This document shows positions 52,173 to 63,239 of a DNA stretch of 64,000 nt, piece by piece. The stretch's first letter is position 1. Each line of letters opens with the position of its first letter. The DNA is from Eledone cirrhosa (Eukaryota), in assembly GCA_964016885.1 (NCBI GenBank), contig OZ024758.1:10044001-10108000 (forward strand), read 5' to 3'. A program made the position numbers and the translations under genes. The notes under the pieces were generated by a model, which was not told the DNA's origin, searched no databases, and saw nothing but the letters and a program-made list of their open reading frames with translations.

Positions 52173-53735
52173 GTAAGTAAGAAAAGCTCATATTTTCAAA
52201 TAAATGTTATCACATTTAATTAACTTCAAATTTTAAGGTATAACAAATATTTTCATTGTTGTTTTTATCATGTTTTTATCATGTGTTTTATATTTGTTTA
52301 TATATCTATAGGTATCCTCCATGGTTTATTGTTGCATTTATATATCTTTTAACTATTGGGATTACTCTTGGGTTTCGAATAATCAACATCTGGTGTTAGG
52401 AAGAGTATCCAGCTGTAGAAACTATGCTTCCAGTACACTCTGTAAAGTAGTTGGCATTAGGAAGGGCATCTAGCTGTAGAAACAAAGCGTACTAGCAGGA
52501 CCTAGTCACCTCACTGGTCCGGCCTCAGCACGTAATAGCCATCTAACCCATGCAAGCATGGAAAATAGATGTTAAACAGTAATCATGATGATGATGATTC
52601 ATAAATTATTTTATTAATCAAGAGTAATGTTTGTTGTTATTTGAATTGATATTAGGGTTCCAGATTGGCAGAATGGTTAGAGTGTCTGACTTCAAATCCT
52701 GCTGAGGTGAACTTTGCCTTTCCGTCCCTCCAAATCCAATAAAATAAAGTACCAGTTAAATAATGGGTTTGATATAATCGACTTCCTCTCGCCCATGCCC
52801 CCAACTACTGACATTGGTAGAATCATTAGATCATCAGATAAAACACTTCGGAGTATTTAGCTCCAGCTTCTTACATTCGGATTTGACATCCCAAAGCCAA
52901 CTTTGTCTTTTATCCTGCTGAGAGTGATAAAATAAAGTATCAATGAAGTACTGGGTGAATTATCTTCATTTAACATCATTTTTCCTGCTAGCAAGTGTTG
53001 GACGAGTCGCCACAGACCAAATCAGTACTTAAACAGAGCTAATAACCCCTCAGATATGCTGGGGGCATCCATCTCGATTACCTCTGTTCCTGCACTCTAC
53101 TGGGTTATCAGGCAAGCCAGAGACCCAACTCTCACTTGCAAAATGTTCCCATGTTCTACTATGTGCATTTTATTGTGACACCAGCACTAGAGAGTTTGAC
53201 ATGTCTTTAACACAGTTAAGAGTCTTCTTGACCCTTTGTTTGGGAGGTTTTCTACAGCTTGATAACCTTCCTATCACCAACCACTTTACAGGGTGTACTT
53301 GGTGCATTTATCATATAAATCAACAACACTAGAGAGGTTGTCATGTCTTTAACACAGCTGAAGAATCCTCTCCACCCTTTGTTTGACAGGTTTTCTTCAG
53401 CGGATGCCCTTCCTATCAATATCTAAATTGACTTTCCTTTCCCCCCAATATTGCTGGCCTTGTACTAAAATTATAAATCCTTATCCTTATTTTAGTTAAT
53501 ACCATTTGTACACTGTATTAACCTGTAGGTGTGTGACAGATATGACCAACATCATTAGGAACTGATAAAAATAGCATCGTAAGACTAACTTTGAGGAATG
53601 TAGGAAAAACTAACACAGGAAACAGACATGTAATGGTTTGTCATCTGCAATTGATTTTGTTTATTTAGACTGCATAGCTTCCTAAAGTCAAAATCTGTTA
53701 TTAAAATAATAGTCATATATAACATAATTATAGTA

Positions 53736-53773
53736 CAGTGGAACCTTGCTTTATGAACGCCTCATCATCATCC

Positions 53774-53853
<80 letters not shown>

Positions 53854-54330
53854 GTTTAACGTCCATGTTCCACGCTTGCATGGGTTTGGACGGGGGTTTT
53901 CCCACTTGAGGCAAGAGTGATTGTCCTGCTCGCATAGGACTGTCTGGCGGGTTTTCTACAGCTGGATGCCCTTCCTAACACCAACCACATTTACAGTGTG
54001 GGGCTGGGAGGTTTTTACCGTGTTGCCTACACGGCCACATTACAGCGTGAACTGTGTGTTTTTTGTCATGACACCTACACGATCTCATTTGTTTCGGCCT
54101 GGATTTTGTGGCACCAACATAACTTTATATTGAAAGGGGCGGTGTGGATGGAGTGGGGGTGGTGGGACGGGGGTGTATTTTGTTAGAGATGCCTACTAAA
54201 CAAATCAGTTCACAAACAAATTTTCCAGACATAAAACATCTCAAGTAACAAACACACAAGCCAGCAACAATGGTTGGTGACAAGCTGGGAGTATTGGTAG
54301 AAAAGTGTTATTTGGTGCGTAGTTTGTTAC
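53736..54330. mobile_element. Second copy of the pogo-like MITE, split by a SINE
   Basis: TA-CAGTGGAACC at 53734; homology to the 27452 copy resumes at ~54190. Confidence 0.7.
53762..54185 (-). mobile_element. SINE family B-related copy with expanded (ATC)n tail, nested in a pogo-like MITE
   Basis: (ATC)n at 53762-53854 and GGATGCCCTTCCTAACACCAAC motif; MITE halves on both sides. Confidence 0.7.
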
Positions 54331-55104
54331 TGCACTCCAGCTCTTTAGCTCCCAACCTGGCCAAAACCAGCTCTGATTATATGAAATAAAACCACCCATT
54401 TTAAAGGTTTCCAATTTAAATTAAAATCTTCCAACATAATTTTATATAGCCTGTTGACTGTCGCGTATATTTTATACAGTTGCTGTGCCAGGTTTTTTTT
54501 TTCAGTAAAATGACTATTTTGATTGACAAACGTCACATCAATAAGCTATTAATCCCATCTAGCTTTGAAGTTATGAACTGTTAGAAAAGAGTTCAAACAT
54601 GTTAGGACAAGTTATCTCATCAATGGCACTGAAGAGGTTAAGTTACTATCTTAATGAAATAATTAATAATTTTAGTAAATCCCTCAAAATTCTTCATGAA
54701 TTAATTAAAATAGAATATATTTCATTAGAAATGTGGTTATGAAAGGGTTAAGAAAGGTCTCCATTAAATCACACCCTTCTCACATAATTGGCTCATGGTG
54801 TGTTTATATTAAGTGTAAGGAGGATTGGTTGTATTTGTTGTTGTTTAGGTCAGTCTTGTTCTAGGAGACCTGCTATCTAAAGCCAGTCTTTTGCTTGTCT
54901 TCAGAGAACCCAGGACCTCGTTATCTAGTGTTGGTTTAACTGATCAAGTGTCTACACTGAACAAGAATCCCCAGACTTTTAAACCATTACCCACCCTGCC
55001 CCTCTGCATCAATCCCAGGCATGTATAAGAATAAATAAGTAAATAAATATATCAGTAATGGAGTTCCTCTGAAGGGTCTTTGGAATAACATTACTTACTG
55101 GAGT

Positions 55105-55410
55105 GTAGCTCTCAGATCAGTTGTTCCAGATAGAACTGCTACTTTTTTCCAAATTGAGAGATCACAGCTCCAATATTACAGACATGTGGTTAGAATGTCT
55201 CAGGAAAGAATTGCTGGACAGATTTTACAGGCAAAACCAACTGGCAGGAGACCCAAAAGTAGACCCTGAGAAAGATGGTTGGATAACATCCATGAGCTCA
55301 ACTTGTCTCGCTTGGGGATCCAGCCAGATCAATTGGAGACGGTTGCTTCTGACAGGACCGGAAGGACTGTTTAAGGACTCTCCCAGGAATAAGTAGGGGA
55401 AGAAGAAGTA
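55105..55410 (+). mobile_element. Second RTE-type LINE 3' fragment, (GAA)n tail
   Basis: Reads QIERSQLQYYRHVVRMSQERIAGQILQAKPTGRRPKSRP*ERWLDNI. Related copies at 46223-46485 (-) and 32535-32930 (-, split by an insertion). Confidence 0.7.
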
Positions 55411-55633
55411 AATAGAATATTAAATAAAGAGAATAAAGGCTAATCATAAGATGGGTGGTCTGCATTTGATTTGCCAAATTTGGAGGGTGAGTACAATTTG
55501 GTTTAGCAGGAGTCATGGGTACAGGTTGGCATTTAGTTTAGTGTTCATGGACTGATTGGAGCAATAACAGTCTTTATTACATATATAAAACAGAAACCTG
55601 TATAAGCAGGATGTATTTTGTTGTATTATATTA

Positions 55634-55967
55634 TAGTGGTTAGAGCATTGGCTTTGCAATCAAAAGGTTGTGAGTTCAATTCTTAGACTGGGTGATGTGT
55701 TGTTTCCTTGAGCAAGACACTTTATTTCACATTGCTCCAGTTTATCCAGCTGTAGAAATGAGATGATAGGGACTGGGGTCTCTATCATTCCACTGCAAAG
55801 TGGTTGTGGAGGTGCCACGGCAAAAAAGCACCCAGCACTCACTGTAAATGAGGTTGGTGTTAGGAAGGGCATCCAGCTGTAGAAATCAAGCCAGGATCAG
55901 TTCCCGTCCCACCCTTGCAAGCAGGGAAAAAGCGGACGTAAAATGAAATGGTGATGATGATGATGAT
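55634..55967 (+). mobile_element. SINE family B copy
   Basis: Close match to 47789 but with a single internal unit. Confidence 0.85.
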
Positions 55968-56291
55968 ACATCATATTTTTTATATTATTTATTATATTTT
56001 CAATCACTTGATCACTTATAGATCAGGGGAGTACACCAACCACATAGATTTTATCCTTACTAAAAAACGAGAGAGTGTCCGTTATGAACACTAAATCTCT
56101 CCTTCAAAAAGGTTGAGAACCACTGATCTAACCCCTGCAGGCAGGGAAAATAGATGTTAATCGATGATAATGATGACAATCAGCCTGTAGCTAATGGGAA
56201 AATGCCTACATCGAGGATTACCAAAATAGCTGATATCAACCTCCAAGGGGTTACTGAGAATTATATAGAAGGTCGATTGAAGAAATAAAAA

Positions 56292-56452
56292 TACGAGCCC
56301 ATAACAGTGGAGACTTCTGGTGTCCTTGGCCCTAGGGCTACCTCCCTATTCACCACCATCGGCGCAGAGCTAACTAGCCGCAGGAGTGGCTCTTCCAGCA
56401 CATCACCCTCACTACCATCCAGGGAAACGCCTTCTCTATTCTGTCCGCCAAG
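56292..56452 (+). mobile_element. CRE-like non-LTR retrotransposon endonuclease C-terminal fragment
   Basis: YEPITVETSGVLGPRATSLFTTIG, then after a frameshift QEWLFQHITLTTIQGNAFSIL, matching the P...ET.G..G and WL.Q......QRGNA..I motifs. Confidence 0.6.
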
Positions 56453-57040
56453 GCAGCGACTAGCGCATGGGACTCTATTTACTCATAATAAAGAGAGATG
56501 GGGAGGGGTGAGAGAGACGGAGACGATGACGATGACAGTGGGAGTTTGGTTCCTCTGTCTTCGGAGCTGGTGTACATGTGTGTGCGATTGATTTAATAGT
56601 AATTTGTCTCCTGCACACAATTCCGTCTAATTTTGGAAATATTCGCGTTTATTTGATGCTGTGTTTAAGTCTAAACATTATAAAAAATTAAAAAAGAAAG
56701 AATTTTGGTGTGAGGGAATTCTACGAACTCCAATAAACCTTCCCAACAGTCTAACATTACATTAAAGATGACTTTTTTTCTTTACCACTGTAAACGTAAC
56801 AAAGAAGTGTAAAGTACAGAATTGTCTCCCCTGGTTTATGAATGGATGTGAAATCAACTGGAGTAAATAGAAAGTTGATTTGATTAAATAACGACAACTC
56901 TGGCCTTTTCAAAACTTTATCAGCTGATCTCCTGTGTATGGTAACATTAATGCCTAATATCAATGTATAACGTCCCCAAAACCAAACAGAAAGAAAATTA
57001 CCATATATATACTTGAATATAAGCTGAGGAATATGTGACA

Positions 57041-57175
57041 TTGTAAATCTCTACAACCCTAAGCTAAATTGTAAATCTCTACAACCCTAGGCTAAATTGT
57101 AAATCTCTACAACTCTAGATATTATTATTATTATTGCCTAATCTCTACAACCCTAGGCAAAAGTGTAAATCTCTA
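57041..57175. repeat. Second locus of the 28-bp repeat
   Basis: Same unit and same AGATATTATTATT-GCC punctuation. Confidence 0.85.
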
Positions 57176-57499
57176 ATTGTCTATGCCTGTCATATACAGT
57201 AATGGACTATATAGCAAGTAGTTGTTAGTAATGGGTGGTGTCCATTCGTTTGTTGCATGCGTGCTCATTTGTAGCTTGCTGTGTCATGTGGTCATTGTTG
57301 TGTGATACAGTGTGACCAGAGATTGCATGAGTGCAGTTAAGTGAGTAAATATTCAATAAGATGATGATGATATGATAGTTCCTTCATCACACAGAAAATG
57401 AAAAAAATATATAAATGAACCAAGATAACACCAAACCGCTATATTATTAATTTATTGAAAATAGCTCACACCGAAGCTATACGAAAAATACACAAGAAT

Positions 57500-57878
57500 T
57501 GTGGACGTTATTTGTTTGTAAAAGTAGAATTAAATTGTATTCACCAAGAAAACTTCATGAACTTCACTGTCTTGGCTATGAGAGAGACCAAGAGAAGAGA
57601 TTGTGTGAATAAGAGATAGTAAGAGTCTGTAGAGTAGAAATGTAATATATATATATCAACTCCCTGTCTGTTGTTGGCAATAATAGTTGAAATTGAGTTG
57701 ATCAGTCTTGGCAGGTTAGAAGCGATGACCTGAGTTGCTGTTGCTGGTCGAAGGAGTCGCGATGACCATGTCGGGACAACGGTGAAAGTTCTGCGGCGAC
57801 TGAGTAGTAAAGTTTTGGTTCCTCTTCATACTTAGGCGGAAGTGACGTCACTAAGGCTTTGTGCATGTATCCACTACA
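57500..57878 (-). mobile_element. Probable solo LTR in intron 5
   Basis: TG...CA ends with a short imperfect inverted repeat (TGTGGA / TCCACTACA), CpG-rich island, TATA-like run at 57645-57657, ETS-CRE motif. No clean target-site duplication. Confidence 0.4.
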
Positions 57879-58296
57879 ACTATACCTGTCCCCAAAATTT
57901 GAGGCCTTGTACTTAGGTTTAAAATCAGTCTTAGTTTATAAGCAAGCTTTATTCTCTATCTCATAATGTTTTATCATCATCACAATCTGAGACTGGACAA
58001 GTTGGATTGACCACATTTTACTCATGTTACATATTTTGATATGATTTCTATGGTTGGATGCTCTTCCTAATGTCAACCTCTTTACAGGGAGTACTAAGTG
58101 CATTTTATTGTGACGCCAGCACTAGAGAGTTTCCCCATGTACTCAATAACATTGAAGTCCTCTCTACCCTATATTGCAATGATATAAATCAAATTTATAT
58201 GCTAAGATTCTTTTGATAGTCTGAAAAGCGTGAATTACTTTTATGTAAAGACTCTAATCACGTTGACATTTATTTTTCTTTCTATCTGCTTTTCAG

Positions 58297-58422
58297 ATGA
58301 TTTCAGATGAAGAACATCACACTGAGAAAAACCCAGATTTAGCTCTTAAACTTGGCCTCCTGTTTGGATTGCTACCACGTACAGGCTTTCTACAGTGTGG
58401 AATTTCGGTGCTGAGAAAATGA
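58297..58422 (+). CDS. C6orf136: C6orf136-like gene, last coding exon
   Basis: Polypyrimidine acceptor TTTTCAG|ATG, phase 0. Encodes MISDEEHHTEKNPDLALKLGLLFGLLPRTGFLQCGISVLRK*. AATAAA follows at 58543. Confidence 0.8.
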   Translation: MISDEEHHTEKNPDLALKLGLLFGLLPRTGFLQCGISVLRK

Positions 58423-58542
58423 TAATTTAGATAAAGAAATTCAGAGGCATAATTGCTCTGCTTTATGATGCCATATCTGCAACTGAATATGTTAATGCTA
58501 TTTTGAATTGTACAGTATAACAGTTGTTTAAGTTTCTTTATT

Positions 58543-58548
58543 AATAAA
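58543..58548 (+). terminator. Candidate polyadenylation signal of the C6orf136-like gene
   Basis: AATAAA about 120 nt after the stop codon, followed by a T-rich stretch. Confidence 0.5.
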
Positions 58549-58943
58549 CATTAATTTATTCCATTTTATCTTTGATTTATTTACATTGTTTAAATTCAAC
58601 CAGCTTTGGTGGGGGGGGGGGGGTCACAATGAGGGAGGAAAGGCTGTGTCCAAAACAGTTTTCAGGGGCTCCCAATACTGGTGGGAGGGAGGTATCCTCA
58701 AACTGCAAACCTTGGCTGAAATGCTTGCAATAAAGTGAACCCAACTAAAGGTACCCATGCCCTGGTGATGGTGATAATGTGAAACCAGGCTAAGGATCTA
58801 GTCTCCCACACCAATATAGGCCCCTGCAGTCGATTACATCAACCTCGGAATGGGATTGGTATTTTATTTAATCAACCCTGGAAGGATGAGAGGATCAAGC
58901 TATTCCAAAATTTGCTATGTCAGTATTTTTGTTTTATCAAAAA

Positions 58944-58977
<34 letters not shown>

Positions 58978-59795
58978 CAACAAGATCCCAGACCTCATTC
59001 TCTTACAAAGTGAGGTGGAACTCATCAAATCTGACAAAGGAAACAATATTTACATTGTTTTTCCATTTCTGACACTATCTGCCAGTCACAACTCCTGGCA
59101 GAAAGAACAATATGAAATAAAATGTCTTGCTCAAGGACATACATAATACATCACCTGGTCTGGGAATTGAACTCACAAATCCAACTCTAACCACTAAGCC
59201 ACCTTCACAAATGTTACTATTTTTTTATTTTGTAAATGTAGAATTTACCTGACACTAAACAATTAATAGCTAAAATGTTAAGAAACTCTTTTGATCAATT
59301 TATTGCCATAGATTCAAGAAATTCTAATTTCTTTGTAAACATTACGGTAAATCATTAGTTATTTAGTGGCTGTTGCCAAGTCAACATGTAGCACAGTTCC
59401 TTTCATTGTTTCACTTAAAACTATGACAGCTTTAATGAGGAATTATACTGAGCCATTAACCTAGTTTCAATTCCATGTTGGAACCATTCAATTTACATTG
59501 TCAATGCAGAGTCATTAGAACATTTGGATAGAATGCTTTGTGGTATTCATTCCAGCTCTCAGCTTTCTGAAGTCAACTTTGCCTTTCATTTTTTTGAGGT
59601 CGATAAAAAAAAAAGTACCAGTCTAATACTGGGGTTGATTCTTCCTTTATATCTCTTTCTTGCTTCCTCTCTCTCTCTCTCTCTCACTGGAGGAAATCTG
59701 CTGTGTTTAGACTTGGAGAAGGATGGGCTCTGCCAGGTTTTAAAATACCTAAGAAATGCTCCCGTATGACACCATCAGAAGTTATACCATACATT

Positions 59796-60137
59796 GAATC
59801 ATTTTGTGGCGTTAATTATTTGGCTGCTATTTCTAGCAGCCAAAGTAACCACATAGAGGCTCGTCTGTTGATGAGTCATTTTGTGGCGTTAATATTTGGC
59901 TGCTATTTCTAGCGACCAAAGTGACCACATAGAGACTCGTCTGTTGATGAGTCATTTTGTGGCGTTAATGTGGCTGCTATTTCTAGCGGCCAAAGTGACC
60001 GCATAGAGGCTCGTCTGCTGATGAATGATTTTGTGGCGTTAATATTTGGCTGCTATTTCTAGTAGCCAAAGTGACCACATAGAGGCTCGTCTGTTGATGA
60101 ATCATTTTGTGGCGTTAATATTTGGCTGCTATTTCTA
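59796..60137. repeat. Minisatellite, ~4.5 x 76 bp
   Basis: Unit starts ATCATTTTGTGGCGTTAATATTTGGCTGCTATTTCTAG. Confidence 0.9.
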
Positions 60138-60772
60138 CAACCGTGGGCTAAACTATAAATCTCTACAATCATGGGCTAAACTGTGAATATCTACAAACGT
60201 AGGCAAAACTGTTAGTCTCTACAACCCTAGGCTAAACGGTAAATCTCTACAACCATAGGCTAAATTGTAAATCTCTACAACCCTAGGCTAAATTGTAAAT
60301 CTCTACAACCCTAGATATTATTATTGCCCATTTCGGTCGAGGCAAAACTGTAAACCTCTACAACCCTGGGCTAAACTGTTAGTATCAACAACCCCCGGCT
60401 AAACTGTTGGTCTCTACATCCCTCGGCTAAACTATTAATCTCTACAACCCTAGGCAACACCGTTAGTCTCTACAACCCTAGATATTATTATTATTGCCCA
60501 TTTCGCTGAGGCAAAACTGAAAAACCTCTACAACCCTAGTCTAAACTGTTAATCTATACAACCCTAGGCTAAACTGTAAATCTCTACAACCCTAGGCTAA
60601 ACTGTAAATCTCTACAACCCTAGGCGAAACTGTAAATCTCTACAACCCTAGGCTAAAATGTAAATCTCTACAACCCTAGGCTAAACTGTAAATCTCTACA
60701 ACCCTAGGCGAAACTGTAAATCTCTACAACCCTAGGCGAAACTGTAAATCTCTACAACCCTAGGCTAAACTA
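60130..60772. repeat. Minisatellite of 28-bp units with two (ATT)n-GCCCATTTCG interruptions
   Basis: Unit AAACTGTAAATCTCTACAACCCTAGGCT. Confidence 0.9.
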
Positions 60773-60944
60773 AAATCTGTTGATATTACAAAGAGTATCC
60801 AGCCTTAAAAACCATACCAAAATGGAATCTGAATGAGTTGTGGTTCACCAACCTGTCTAGGCAGGCAATTGCTCTGATCAAGTCTGAACTTGATCTGTAA
60901 TAACCCATCCAACTTATGCCAGCATAAAATAATGATGATGATGG

Positions 60945-62068
60945 ATCTATATGGTTTGTGTTATATACTGTCTGTCTGTTTGTTTGTTCACGAACTCCTC
61001 CTATGGTTTTGGAGATAGACCCCCCCATAACCATATATATTCTGAAACTACATTACCCAGGGTACTTGGATAAGTATATTTCATTTTAATCAAATGGTTC
61101 CCCGGGGGCACAAACCCCTGCTGAAAATATTAAGATACCCTAATGAGGGTTAATCAAAGGGTTCCCCAGGGGCACAAACCCCTGCTGAAAATATTAAGAC
61201 ACCCTAATGAGGGTTAATCAAAGGGTTCCCCAGGGGCACAAACCCCTGCTGAAAATATTAAGACACCCTAATGGGGGTTAATCAAAGGGTTCCCCAGGGG
61301 CACAAACCCCTGCTGAAAATATTAAGACACCCTAATGGGGGTTAATCAAAGGGTTCCCCAGGGGCACAAACCCCTGCTGAAAATATTAAGACACCCTAAT
61401 GGGGGTTAATCAAATGGTTCCCCAGGGGCACAAACCCCTGCTGAAAATATTAAGACACCCTAATGAGGGTTAATCAAATGGTTCCCCAGGGGCACAAACC
61501 CCTGCTGAAAATATTAAGACACCCTAATGAGGGTTAATCAAATGGTTCCCCGGGGGGCACAAACCCCTGCTGAAAATATTAAGACACCCTAATGGGGGTT
61601 AATCAAAGGGTTCCCTGTTGAAAATTTTTTCCCTTCAATTTATATGAAATTTAAACCATAGGTAAATAAGATATGATGCCTATTCACAAAATTTCAGCAA
61701 GTTTCAATAATATTAAGATACCCTAATGGGGGTTAAACCTCCTATAGTGAAAATTTCGGAAGTCCATAACTTGAGTATTGGGACTTTGAATTTCTAATTT
61801 GAAAATAATGCTTTACACAAAAATGAAATGATCAAGCTTTGAATTGATATTTTGAAAAAAATTATTTACAAGAAACAAAATAAATGTAATTTTGATTTGA
61901 TGTATTACAAAAAATGTTTTCTAATTTTTCATGCATTACATTTTACATTGAGTAATATTGAAATGCACAGTTTTTCTCCATAAATTATATCACTGATTTA
62001 AAATCAATCATCATTTTCTTATTAAAAAAATGTGTGAAATGCAGCAATGTGCGGGTAATTTGGCTAAT
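60945..62068 (+). mobile_element. Non-autonomous Helitron-like element carrying a 64-bp minisatellite
   Basis: 5' TCTATAT...CTGTCTGTCTGTTTG; 3' GCAGCAATGTGCGGGTAATTTGGCTAAT (degenerate hairpin/CTAG). Confidence 0.55.
61087..61622. repeat. Minisatellite, ~8 x 64 bp
   Basis: Unit TAATCAAA(T/G)GGTTCCCCAGGGGCACAAACCCCTGCTGAAAATATTAAGACACCCTAATG(A/G)GGGT. Confidence 0.95.
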
Positions 62069-62574
62069 ATGTTATAAACATTTGAAGATATTTTCTGCTA
62101 AATTATTTCAGGATGTCACAGATAAAAACATTAACATGTAATAAAACCTATGGGCATTAATCCTAAATTCACTGGCAATCCTGCTCTACTTAGCTTCGTA
62201 TTTCACCTAAGTGAAGGCACGTGGCTTAGTGGTTAGTGTTGAGCTCACAATACATTGAGACACTTTATTTTACATTGTTCCAGTTCACTGCCAAGCTGGC
62301 ATGTAGAAGGGTGACTGTTATGCATTGGTAACTGATGGTCTTCTACAAACACACCTTGCTCAGCCCTTGGAGGGGAACTTTCTAGAGGCAAAACCATGGT
62401 CATTAGTGACCATATGTTTGATTAAGAGATGGCCTGCGAATTCAGTGTTATTGTTGTAGCAGACCATCTCTGACCTTTTGTTGTCTTAAATAAGTATTTA
62501 ACTCCGTTCCTGCGCCAGCCATAGGATTCAACATTAACAATGGGTGAGTTGCATGACAGTGCTTTTCTTACTAT

Positions 62575-62896
62575 TTCGATTTCCATGTGTCTAACACACG
62601 TGGACATGCCCACAAAGTAAGAAAACAGCACAGTTCCCATGACTTTCGGAAACATTTTTTCACGCTCAGAGTTGCTGAAGCATGGAACAAACTACCTGCA
62701 TCAGTTGTTAGCTGTCGAGACACTGCATCCTTTAAGGCTTCCATGCTTCCCGAGATCCGCCAACAGAACAGCTAACACATACACACATGTACTTCCCTGA
62801 CATTTGTGTATTATTCTATGTACTATACATACACCTTTGACGAGTTGTAGTGCACCTGAGCACTTTACACAATAATTTCATTATTATTATTATTAT
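62575..62896 (+). mobile_element. CR1-clade LINE 3' end, (ATT)n tail
   Basis: Same family as 39332; NTRGHAHKVRKQHSSHDFRKHFFTLRVAEAWNKLPASVV. Confidence 0.8.
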
Positions 62897-63052
62897 CAGG
62901 TTTAATTAAATGGAATGACCAATTCTATCCATTGGTGAACCAAAATATATACCAATAATGTTTCTCAGTACAAGCTCCATGAAACTTCAGTTCAGAAGAT
63001 CAATCAGAGAAGTTTAAACAATATATAACAAGATATATCAATTGAGAAACTG

Positions 63053-63239
63053 TTATTCTTTTGTACATATATACAGGACAAATAATGTAAATAAAAATGC
63101 ATACTTCAAGATGTTATAATGGTCTACAATTCCATAGACAGCTGTTTCCAGAAACCAATTATCAATTTTGGTAATAAACATCCTAAGACCTTGATTTCTT
63201 TCATCGATATGGTTCAGTCTTGGCTCTATATATCTCACA
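63053..63239 (-). CDS. Possible last coding exon of a convergent gene encoding a C-terminally anchored membrane protein
   Basis: Acceptor TTTTTGTGCAG|T, then 61 codons ending ...YNILKYAFLFTLFVLYICTKE*. Non-repetitive sequence; no homology recognised. Confidence 0.35.

Noticed and set aside
23442-61622. Regular arrays (46, 48, 76, 28 and 64 bp) as possible CRISPR arrays
   Set aside because: Units are contiguous near-identical repeats without unique spacers; no cas genes; eukaryotic context.
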